Shown here: positions 1-12,496 of the stretch, one piece after another
Layout: each line of letters begins with the position of its first letter
Numbering within the stretch: position 1 is the first letter of the stretch
Origin: Auanema rhodensis
Lineage: Eukaryota; Animalia; Nematoda
DNA length: 64,000 nt
Direction: 5' to 3'
Assembly (NCBI GenBank): GCA_964057225.1
Contig: OZ059895.1
Location: 20,522,001-20,586,000 of the forward strand
Position numbers and translations under genes: made by a program
Notes under the pieces: model-generated
Told to the model about the DNA's origin: nothing
The model's database searches: none
The model's input: the letters and a program-made list of their open reading frames with translations, nothing else

Positions 1-176
1 ATTAGATTCCCCATGTCCATATTAGTCTAAAAACAAATTTTTATTAATATTGGTGCATGGTAACCATGACTTTGAAATTTACGTGAACTTTAATTTATGC
101 TAATTAAGTGTACACATGATGTGCACTTGGTATGTAACTCGCTTCACGTCAAAGATAAAAAGATGAGGTTTTCAAA
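1..176 (+). repeat. Representative 176-bp monomer (phase set arbitrarily by window start)
   Basis: Direct reading. Consensus has 56 G+C in 176 bp (~32%). Common polymorphic sites are at monomer positions 35, 46, 61, 74, 116, 125 and 150. Confidence 0.98.
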
Positions 177-3100
177 ATTAGATTCCCCATGTCCATATTA
201 GTCTAAAAACAAATTTTTATTGATATTGGTGCATGGCAACCATGACTTTAAAATTTACGTGAACTTTAATTTATGCTAATTAAGTGTACACATGATGTGC
301 ACTTGGTATGTAACTCGCTTCACGTCAAAGATAAAAAGATGAGGTTTTCAAAATTAGATTCCCCATGTCCATATTAGTCTAAAAACAAATTTTTATTAAT
401 ATTGGTGCATGGTAACCATGACTTTGAAATTTACGTGAACTTTAATTTATGCTAATTAAGTGTACACATGATGTGCACTTGGTATGTAACTCGCTTCACG
501 TCAAAGATAAAAAGATGAGGTTTTCAAAATTAGATTCCCCATGTCCATATTAGTCTAAAAACAAATTTTTATTAATATTGGTGCATGGTAACCATGACTT
601 TGAAATTTACGTGAACTTTAATTTATGCTAATTAAGTGTACACATGATGTGCGCTTGGTATGTAACTCGCTTCACGTGAAAGATAAAGAGATGCGGTTTC
701 CAAAATTAGATTCCCCATGTCCATATTAGTCTAAAAACAAATTTTTATTGATATTGGTGCATGGCAACCATGACTTTAAAATTTACGTGAACTTTAATTT
801 ATGCTAATTAAGTGTACACATGATGTGCACTTGGTATGTAACTCGCTTCACGTCAAAGATAAAAAGATGAGGTTTTCAAAATTAGATTCCCCATGTCCAT
901 ATTAGTCTAAAAACAAATTTTTATTAATATTGGTGCATGGTAACCATGACTTTGAAATTTACGTGAACTTTAATTTATGCTAATTAAGTGTACACATGAT
1001 GTGCGCTTGGTATGTAACTCGCTTCACGTGAAAGATAAAGAGATGCGGTTTCCAAAATTAGATTCCCCATGTCCATATTAGTCTAAAAACAAATTTTTAT
1101 TGATATTGGTGCATGGCAACCATGACTTTGAAATTTACGTGAACTTTAATTTATGCTAATTAAGTGTACACATGATGTGCGCTTGGTATGTAACTCGCTT
1201 CACGTGAAAGATAAAGAGATGCGGTTTCCAAAATTAGATTCCCCATGTCCATATTAGTCTAAAAACAAATTTTTATTGATATTGGTGCATGGCAACCATG
1301 ACTTTAAAATTTACGTGAACTTTAATTTATGCTAATTAAGTGTACACATGATATGCACTTGGTATGTAACTCGCTTCACGTCAAAGATAAAGAGATGCGG
1401 TTTTCAAAATTAGATTCCCCATGTCCATTTTAGTCTAAAAACAAATTTTTATTGATATTGGTGGATGGTAACCATGACTTTAAAACTTACGTGAACTTCA
1501 ATTTATGCTAATTAAGTGTACACGTGATGTGCACTTGGTATGTAACTCGCTTCACGTGAAAGATAAAGAGATGCGGTTTTCAAAATTAGATTCATCATGT
1601 CCATATTAGTCTAAAAACAAATTTTTATTGATATTGGTGCATGGCAACCATGACTTTAAAATTTACGTGAACTTTAATTTATGCTAATTAAGTGTACACA
1701 TGATGTGCACTTGGTATGTAACTCGCTTCACGTCAAAGATAAAAAGATGAGGTTTTCAAAATTAGATTCCCCATGTCCATATTAGTCTAAAAACAAATTT
1801 TTATTAATATTGGTGCATGGTAACCATGACTTTGAAATTTACGTGAACTTTAATTTATGCTAATTAAGTGTACACATGATGTGCGCTTGGTATGTAACTC
1901 GCTTCACGTGAAAGATAAAGAGATGCGGTTTCCAAAATTAGATTCCCCATGTCCATATTAGTCTAAAAACAAATTTTTATTGATATTGGTGCATGGCAAC
2001 CATGACTTTAAAATTTACGTGAACTTTAATTTATGCTAATTAAGTGTACACATGATGTGCACTTGGTATGTAACTCGCTTCACTCAAAGATAAAGAGATG
2101 CGGTTATCAAAATTAGATTCCCCATGTCCATATTAGTCTAAAAACAATTTTTTATCAATATTGGTGCATGGTAACCATGACTTTGAAATTTACGTGAACT
2201 TTAATTTATGCTAATTAAGTGTACACATGATGTGCGCTTGGTATGTAACTCTCTTCACGTGAAAGATAAAGAGATGCGGTTTTCAAAATTAGATTCCTCA
2301 TGTCCATATTAGTCTAAAAACGAATTTTTATTGATATTAATGCATGGTAACCATGACTTTAAAATTTACGTGAACTTTAATTTATGCTAATTAAGTGTAC
2401 ACATGATATGCACTTGGTATGTAACTCGCTTCACGTCAAAGATAAAGAGATGCGGTTTTCAAAATTAGATTCCCCATGTCCATTTTAGTCTAAAAACGAA
2501 TTTTTATTGATATTGGTGGATGGTAACCATGACTTTAAAACTTACGTGAACTTCAATTTATGCTAATTAAGTGTACACGTGATGTGCACTTGGTATGTAA
2601 CTCGCTTCACGTGAAAGATAAAGAGATGCGGTTTTCAAAATTAGATTCATCATGTCCATATTAGCCTAAAAACAAATTTTTTATTGATATTGGTGCATGG
2701 TAACCATGACTTTGAAATTTACGTGAACTTTAATTTATGCTAATTAAGTGTACACGTGATGTGCACTTGGTATGTAACTCGCTTCACGTGAAAGATAAAG
2801 AGATGCGGTTTTCAAAATTAGATTCCCCATGTCCATATTAGTCTAAACACAAATTTTTATTGATATTGGTGCATGGTAACCATGACTTTGAAATTTACGT
2901 GAACTTTAATTTATGCTAATTAAGTGTACACGTGATGTGCACTTGGTATGTAACTCGCTTCACGTGAAAGATAAAAAGATGCGGTTTTCAAAATTAGATT
3001 CCCCATGTCCATGTTAGTCTAAAAACAAATTTCTATTAATATTGGTGCATGGTAACTATGACTTTGAAATTTACGTGAACTTTAATTTATGCTAATTAAG

Positions 3101-6100
3101 TGTACACATGATGTGCACTTGGTATGTAACTCGCTTCAAGTGAAAGATAAAGAGATGCGCTTTTCAAAATTAGATTTCGCATGTCCATATTAGTCTAAAA
3201 ACAAATTTTTATTGATATTGGTGCATGGTAACCATGACTTTAAAATTTACGTGAACTTTAATTTATGCTAATTAAGTGTACACATGATGTGCACTTGGTA
3301 TGTAACTCGCTTCACGTCAAAGATAAAGAGATGCGGTTTTCAAAATTAGATTCCCCATGTCCATATTAGTCTAAAAACAAATTTTTATTAATATTGGTGC
3401 ATGGTAACCATGACTTTGAAATTTACGTGAACTTTAATTTATGCTAATTAAGTGTACACATGATGTGCACTTGGTATGTAACTCGCTTCACGTCAAAGAT
3501 AAAAAGATGAGGTTTTCAAAATTAGATTCCCCATGTCCATATTAGTCTAAAAACAAATTTTTATTAATATTGGTGCATGGTAACCATGACTTTGAAATTT
3601 ACGTGAACTTTAATTTATGCTAATTAAGTGTACACATGATGTGCGCTTGGTATGTAACTCGCTTCACGTGAAAGATAAAGAGATGCGGTTTCCAAAATTA
3701 GATTCCCCATGTCCATATTAGTCTAAAAACAAATTTTTATTGATATTGGTGCATGGCAACCATGACTTTAAAATTTACGTGAACTTTAATTTATGCTAAT
3801 TAAGTGTACACATGATGTGCACTTGGTATGTAACTCGCTTCACTCAAAGATAAAGAGATGCGGTTTTCAAAATTAGATTCCCCATGTCCATATTAGTCTA
3901 AAATCAATTTTTTATCAATATTGGTGCATGGTAACCATGACTTTGAAATTTACGTGAACTTTAATTTATGCTAATTAAGTGTACACATGATGTGCGCTTG
4001 GTATGTAACTCTCTTCACGTGAAAGATAAAGAGATGCGGTTTTCAAAATTAGATTCCTCATGTCCATATTAGTCTAAAAACGAATTTTTATTGATATTAA
4101 TGCATGGTAACCATGACTTTAAAATTTACGTGAACTTTAATTTATGCTAATTAAGTGTACACATGATATGCACTTGGTATGTAACTCGCTTCACGTCAAA
4201 GATAAAGAGATGCGGTTTTCAAAATTAGATTCCCCATGTCCATTTTAGTCTAAAAACGAATTTTTATTGATATTGGTGGATGGTAACCATGACTTTAAAA
4301 CTTACGTGAACTTCAATTTATGCTAATTAAGTGTACACGTGATGTGCACTTGGTATGTAACTCGCTTCACGTGAAAGATAAAGAGATGCGGTTTTCAAAA
4401 TTAGATTCATCATGTCCATATTAGCCTAAAAACAAATTTTTTATTGATATTGGTTCATGGTAACCATGACTTTGAAATTTACGTGAACTTTAATTTATGC
4501 TAATTAAGTGTACACGTGATGTGCACTTGGTATGTAACTCGCTTCACGTGAAAGATAAAGAGATGCGGTTTTCAAAATTAGATTCCCCATGTCCATATTA
4601 GTCTAAACACAAATTTTTATTGATATTGGTGCATGGTAACCATGACTTTGAAATTTACGTGAACTTTAATTTATGCTAATTAAGTGTACACGTGATGTGC
4701 ACTTGGTATGTAACTCGCTTCACGTGAAAGATAAAAAGATGAGGTTTTCAAAATTAGATTCCCCATGTCCATATTAGTCTAAAAACAAATTTTTATTAAT
4801 ATTGGTGCATGGTAACCATGACTTTGAAATTTACGTGAACTTTAATTTATGCTAATTAAGTGTACACATGATGTGCGCTTGGTATGTAACTCGCTTCACG
4901 TGAAAGATAAAGAGATGCGGTTTCCAAAATTAGATTCCCCATGTCCATATTAGTCTAAAAACAAATTTTTATTGATATTGGTGCATGGCAACCATGACTT
5001 TAAAATTTACGTGAACTTTAATTTATGCTAATTAAGTGTACACATGATGTGCACTTGGTATGTAACTCGCTTCACTCAAAGATAAAGAGATGCGGTTTTC
5101 AAAATTAGATTCCCCATGTCCATATTAGTCTAAAAACAATTTTTTATCAATATTGGTGCATGGTAACCATGACTTTGAAATTTACGTGAACTTTAATTTA
5201 TGCTAATTAAGTGTACACATGATGTGCGCTTGGTATGTAACTCTCTTCACGTGAAAGATAAAGAGATGCGGTTTTCAAAATTAGATTCCTCATGTCCATA
5301 TTAGTCTAAAAACGAATTTTTATTGATATTAATGCATGGTAACCATGACTTTAAAATTTACGTGAACTTTAATTTATGCTAATTAAGTGTACACATGATA
5401 TGCACTTGGTATGTAACTCGCTTCACGTCAAAGATAAAGAGATGCGGTTTTCAAAATTAGATTCCCCATGTCCATTTTAGTCTAAAAACGAATTTTTATT
5501 GATATTGGTGGATGGTAACCATGACTTTAAAACTTACGTGAACTTTAATTTATGCTAATTAAGTGTACACGTGATGTGCACTTGGTATGTAACTCGCTTC
5601 ACGTGAAAGATAAAGAGATGCGGTTTTCAAAATTAGATTCCCCATGTCCATATTAGTCTAAACACAAATTTTTATTGATATTGGTGCATGGTAACCATGA
5701 CTTTGAAATTTACGTGAACTTTAATTTATGCTAATTAAGTGTACACGTGATGTGCACTTGGTATGTAACTCGCTTCACGTGAAAGATAAAAAGATGCGGT
5801 TTTCAAAATTAGATTCCCCATGTCCATGTTAGTCTAAAAACAAATTTCTATTAATATTGGTGCATGGTAACTATGACTTTGAAATTTACGTGAACTTTAA
5901 TTTATGCTAATTAAGTGTACACATGATGTGCACTTGGTATGTAACTCGCTTCAAGTGAAAGATAAAGAGATGCGCTTTTCAAAATTAGATTTCGCATGTC
6001 CATATTAGTCTAAAAACAAATTTTTATTGATATTGGTGCATGGTAACCATGACTTTAAAATTTACGTGAACTTTAATTTATGCTAATTAAGTGTACACAT

Positions 6101-9100
6101 GATGTGCACTTGGTATGTAACTGGCTTCACGTCAAAGATAAAGAGATGCGGTTTTCAAAATTAGATTCCCCATGTCCATATTAGTCTAAAAACAAATTTT
6201 TATTAATATTGGTGCATGGTAACCATGACTTTGAAATTTACGTGAACTTTAATTTATGCTAATTAAGTGTACACATGATGTGCACTTGGTATGTAACTCG
6301 CTTCACGTCAAAGATAAAAAGATGAGGTTTTCAAAATTAGATTCCCCATGTCCATATTAGTCTAAAAACAAATTTTTATTAATATTGGTGCATGGCAACC
6401 ATGACTTTAAAATTTACGTGAACTTTAATTTATGCTAATTAAGTGTACACATGATGTGCACTTGGTATGTAACTCGCTTCACTCAAAGATAAAGAGATGC
6501 GGTTTTCAAAATTAGATTCCCCATGTCCATATTAGTCTAAAATCAATTTTTTATCAATATTGGTGCATGGTAACCATGACTTTGAAATTTACGTGAACTT
6601 TAATTTATGCTAATTAAGTGAACACATGATGTGCGCTTGGTATGTAACTCTCTTCACGTGAAAGATAAAGAGATGCGGTTTTCAAAATTAGATTCCTCAT
6701 GTCCATATTAGTCTAAAAACGAATTTTTATTGATATTAATGCATGGTAACCATGACTTTAAAATTTACGTGAACTTTAATTTATGCTAATTAAGTGTACA
6801 CATGATATGCACTTGGTATGTAACTCGCTTCACGTCAAAGATAAAGAGATGCGGTTTTCAAAATTAGATTCCCCATGTCCATTTTAGTCTAAAAACGAAT
6901 TTTTATTGATATTGGTGGATGGTAACCATGACTTTAAAACTTACGTGAACTTCAATTTATGCTAATTAAGTGTACACGTGATGTGCACTTGGTATGTAAC
7001 TCGCTTCACGTGAAAGATAAAGAGATGCGGTTTTCAAAATTAGATTCATCATGTCCATATTAGCCTAAAAACAAATTTTTTATTGATATTGGTTCATGGT
7101 AACCATGACTTTGAAATTTACGTGAACTTTAATTTATGCTAATTAAGTGTACACGTGATGTGCACTTGGTATGTAACTCGCTTCACGTGAAAGATAAAGA
7201 GATGCGGTTTTCAAAATTAGATTCCCCATGTCCATATTAGTCTAAACACAAATTTTCATTGATATTGGTGCATGGTAACCATGACTTTGAAATTTACGTG
7301 AACTTTAATTTATGCTAATTAAGTGTACACGTGATGTGCACTTGGTATGTAACTCGCTTCACGTGAAAGATAAAGAGATGCGGTTTTCAAAATTAGATTC
7401 CCCATGTCCATTTTAGTCTAAAAACGAATTTTTATTGATATTGGTGGATGGTAACCATGACTTTAAAACTTACGTGAACTTCAATTTATGCTAATTAAGT
7501 GTACACGTGATGTGCACTTGGTATGTAACTCGCTTCACGTGAAAGATAAAGAGATGCGGTTTTCAAAATTAGATTCATCATGTCCATATTAGCCTAAAAA
7601 CAAATTTTTTATTGATATTGGTTCATGGTAACCATGACTTTGAAATTTACGTGAACTTTAATTTATGCTAATTAAGTGTACACGTGATGTGCACTTGGTA
7701 TGTAACTCGCTTCACGTGAAAGATAAAGAGATGCGGTTTTCAAAATTAGATTCCCCATGTCCATATTAGTCTAAAAACAATTTTTTATCAATATTGGTGC
7801 ATGGTAACCATGACTTTGAAATTTACGTGAACTTTAATTTATGCTAATTAAGTGTACACATGATGTGCGCTTGGTATGTAACTCTCTTCACGTGAAAGAT
7901 AAAGAGATGCGGTTTTCAAAATTAGATTCCTCATGTCCATATTAGTCTAAAAACGAATTTTTATTGATAATAATGCATGGTAACCATGACTTTAAAATTT
8001 ACGTGAACTTTAATTTATGCTAATTAAGTGTACACATGATATGCACTTGGTATGTAACTCGCTTCACGTCAAAGATAAAGAGATGCGGTTTTCAAAATTA
8101 GATTCCCCATGTCCATTTTAGTCTAAAAACGAATTTTTATTGATATTGGTGGATGGTAACCATGACTTTAAAACTTACGTGAACTTCAATTTATGCTAAT
8201 TAAGTGTACACGTGATGTGCACTTGGTATGTAACTCGCTTCACGTGAAAGATAAAGAGATGCGGTTTTCAAAATTAGATTCATCATGTCCATATTAGCCT
8301 AAAAACAAATTTTTTATTGATATTGGTGCATGGTAACCATGACTTTGAAATTTACGTGAACTTTAATTTATGCTAATTAAGTGTACACATGATGTGCGCT
8401 TGGTATGTAACTCGCTTCACGTGAAAGATAAAGAGATGCGGTTTTCATAATTAGATTCCCCATTTCCATATTAGTCTAAAAACAAATTTTTATTAATATT
8501 GGTGCATGGTAACCATGACTTTGAAATTTACGTGAACTTTAATTTATGCTAATTAAGTGTACACGTGATGTGCACTTGGTATGTAACTCGCTTCACGTGA
8601 AAGATAAAAAGATGAGGTTTTCAAAATTAGATTCCACATGTCCATATTAGTCTAAAAACAAATTTTTATTAATATTGGTGCATGGTAACCATGACTTTGA
8701 AATTTACGTGAACTTTAATTTATGCTAATTAAGTATACACATGATGTGCGCTTGGTATGTAACTCGCTTCACGTGAAAGATAAAGAGATGCGGTTTCCAA
8801 AATTAGATTCCCCATGTCCATATTAGTCTAAAAACAAATTTTTATTGATATTGGTGCATGGCAACCATGACTTTAAAATTTACGTGAACTTTAATTTATG
8901 CTAATTAAGTGTACACATGATGTGCACTTGGTATGTAACTCGCTTCACTCAAAGATAAAGAGATGCGGTTTTCAAAATTAGATTCCCCATGTCCATATTA
9001 GTCTAAAAACAATTTTTTATCAATATTGGTGCATGGTAACCATGACTTTGAAATTTACGTGAACTTTAATTTATGCTAATTAAGTGTACACATGATGTGC

Positions 9101-9681
9101 GCTTGGTATGTAACTCTCTTCACGTGAAAGATAAAGAGATGCGGTTTTCAAAATTAGATTCCTCATGTCCATATTAGTCTAAAAACGAATTTTTATTGAT
9201 ATTAATGCATGGTAACCATGACTTTAAAATTTACGTGAACTTTAATTTATGCTAATTAAGTGTACACATGATATGCACTTGGTATGTAACTCGCTTCACG
9301 TCAAAGATAAAGAGATGCGGTTTTCAAAATTAGATTCCCCATGTCCATTTTAGTCTAAAAACGAATTTTTATTGATATTGGTGGATGGTAACCATGACTT
9401 TAAAACTTACGTGAACTTCAATTTATGCTAATTAAGTGTACACGTGATGTGCACTTGGTATGTAACTCGCTTCACGTGAAAGATAAAGAGATGCGGTTTT
9501 CAAAATTAGATTCATCATGTCCATATTAGCCTAAAAACAAATTTTTTATTGATATTGGTGCATGGTAACCATGACTTTGAAATTTACGTGAACTTTAATT
9601 TATGCTAATTAAGTGTACACATGATGTGCGCTTGGTATGTAACTCGCTTCACGTGAAAGATAAAGAGATGCGGTTTTCATA
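1..9681. repeat. Satellite subfamily domain A
   Basis: Only region with the TTCATCAT/AGCCT/extra-T 177-bp monomer (2640, 4400, ~7040, ~7570, 8273, 9505). Also carries ATTAATGC/ATATGC monomers and the CACTC 175-bp deletion monomer (2081, 3841, ~5073, ~6480, ~8946). Confidence 0.75.
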
Positions 9682-12496
9682 ATTAGATTCCCCATTTCCA
9701 TATTAGTCTAAAAACAAATTTTTATTAATATTGGTGCATGGTAACCATGACTTTGAAATTTACGTGAACTTTAATTTATGCTAATTAAGTGTACACATGA
9801 TGTGCACTTGGTATGTAACTCGCTTCACGTGAAAGATGAAGAGATGCGGTTTTCAAAATTAGATTCCCCATGTCCATATTAGTCTAAAAACAAATTTTTA
9901 TTAATATTGGTGCATGATAACCATGACTTTGAAATTTACGTGAACTTTAATTTATGCTAATTAAGTGTACACATGATGTGCACTTGGTATGTAACTCGCT
10001 TCACGTGAAAGATAAAGAGATGCGGTTTTCCAAATTAGATTTCGCATGTCCATATTAGTCTAAAAACAAATTTTTATTGATATTGGTGCATGGTAACCAT
10101 GACTTTGAAATTTACGTGAACTTTAATTTATGCTAATTAAGTGTACACATGATGTGCACTTGGTATGTAACTCGCTTCACGTGAAAGATGAAGAGATGCG
10201 GTTTTCAAAATTAGATTCCTCATGTCCATATTAGTCTAAAAACGAATTTTTATTGATATTGATGCATGGTAACCATGACTTTGAAATTTACGTGAACTTT
10301 AATTTATGCTAATTAAGTGTACACATGATGTGCACTTGGTATGTAACTCGCTTCACGTCACAGATAAAGAGATGCGGTTTTCAAAATTAGATTCCCCATG
10401 TCCATATTAGTCTAAAAACGAATTTTTATTGATATTGGTGAATGGTAACCATGACTTTAAAATTTACGTGAACTTCAATTTATGCTAATTAAGTGTACAC
10501 GTGATGTGCACTTGGTATGTAACTCGCTTCACGTGAAAGATAAAGGGATGCGGTTTTCAAAATTAGATTCCCCATGTCCATATTAGTCTAAAAACAAATT
10601 TTTATTGATATTGATGCATGGTAACCATGACTTTAAAATTTACGTGAACTTCAATTTATGCTAATTAAGTGTACACGTGATGTGCACTTGGTATGTAACT
10701 CGCTTCACGTGAAAGATGAAGAGATGCGGTTTTCAAAATTAGATTCCTCATGTCCATATTAGTCTAAAAACGAATTTTTATTGATATTGATGCATGGTAA
10801 CCATGACTTTGAAATTTACGTGAACTTTAATTTATGCTTATTAAGTGTACACGTGATGTGCACTTGGTATGTAACTCGCTTCACGTGAAATATAAAGGGA
10901 TGCGGTTTTCAAAATTAGATTCCCCATGTCCATATTAGTCTAAAAACAAACTTTTATTGATATTGGTGCATGGTAACCATGACTTTAAAATTTACGTGAA
11001 CTTTAATTTATGCTAATTAAGTGTACACATGATGTGCACTTGGTATGTAACTCGCTTCACGTGAAAGATAAAGAGATGCGGTTTTCAAAATAGATTCCCC
11101 ATTTCCATATTAGTCTAAAAACAAATTTTTATTAATATTGGTGCATGGTAACCATGACTTTGAAATTTACGTGAACTTTAATTTATGCTAATTAAGTGTA
11201 CACATGATGTGCACTTGGTATGTAACTCGCTTCACGTGAAAGATGAAGAGATGCGGTTTTCAAAATTAGATTCCCCATGTCCATATTAGTCTAAAAACAA
11301 ATTTTTATTAATATTGGTGCATGATAACCATGACTTTGAAATTTACGTGAACTTTAATTTATGCTAATTAAGTGTACACATGATGTGCACTTGGTATGTA
11401 ACTCGCTTCACGTGAAAGATAAAGAGATGCGGTTTTCCAAATTAGATTTCGCATGTCCATATTAGTCTAAAAACAAATTTTTATTGATATTGGTGCATGG
11501 TAACCATGACTTTGAAATTTACGTGAACTTTAATTTATGCTAATTAAGTGTACACATGATGTGCACTTGGTATGTAACTCGCTTCACGTGAAAGATGAAG
11601 AGATGCGGTTTTCAAAATTAGATTCCTCATGTCCATATTAGTCTAAAAACGAATTTTTATTGATATTGATGCATGGTAACCATGACTTTGAAATTTACGT
11701 GAACTTTAATTTATGCTAATTAAGTGTACACATGATGTGCACTTGGTATGTAACTCGCTTCACGTCACAGATAAAGAGATGCGGTTTTCAAAATTAGATT
11801 CCCCATGTCCATATTAGTCTAAAAACGAATTTTTATTGATATTGGTGAATGGTAACCATGACTTTAAAATTTACGTGAACTTCAATTTATGCTAATTAAG
11901 TGTACACGTGATGTGCACTTGGTATGTAACTCGCTTCACGTGAAAGATAAAGGGATGCGGTTTTCAAAATTAGATTCCCCATGTCCATATTAGTCTAAAA
12001 ACAAATTTTTATTGATATTGATGCATGGTAACCATGACTTTAAAATTTACGTGAACTTCAATTTATGCTAATTAAGTGTACACGTGATGTGCACTTGGTA
12101 TGTAACTCGCTTCACGTGAAAGATGAAGAGATGCGGTTTTCAAAATTAGATTCCTCATGTCCATATTAGTCTAAAAACGAATTTTTATTGATATTGATGC
12201 ATGGTAACCATGACTTTGAAATTTACGTGAACTTTAATTTATGCTTATTAAGTGTACACGTGATGTGCACTTGGTATGTAACTCGCTTCACGTGAAATAT
12301 AAAGGGATGCGGTTTTCAAAATTAGATTCCCCATGTCCATATTAGTCTAAAAACAAACTTTTATTGATATTGGTGCATGGTAACCATGACTTTAAAATTT
12401 ACGTGAACTTTAATTTATGCTAATTAAGTGTACACATGATGTGCACTTGGTATGTAACTCGCTTCACGTGAAAGATAAAGAGATGCGGTTTTCAAA
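9682..12496. repeat. Tandem 8-monomer higher-order duplication (1407-bp period)
   Basis: Marker pairs ATGATAA 9914/11321, GTCACAG 10361/11768 and CAAACTTT 10951/12358 are all offset by 1407. Confidence 0.9.

Noticed and set aside
1-176. Tandem RNA gene (5S rRNA, tRNA, snRNA, spliced leader)
   Set aside because: No recognisable 5S, tRNA cloverleaf, A/B box or snRNA sequence. An Rfam/Infernal search would be the definitive test.
1-176. Assignment to known ~171-178-bp satellites (primate alpha satellite, Arabidopsis CEN178, Brassica CentBr, honeybee AluI)
   Set aside because: Only the length is similar. I recognise no shared sequence and the consensus has no AAGCTT or AGCT site. A database search is needed.
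3170-3195. CENP-B box
   Set aside because: TTCG occurs only in the TTTCGC variant and is not followed by the A..CGGG part of the motif.
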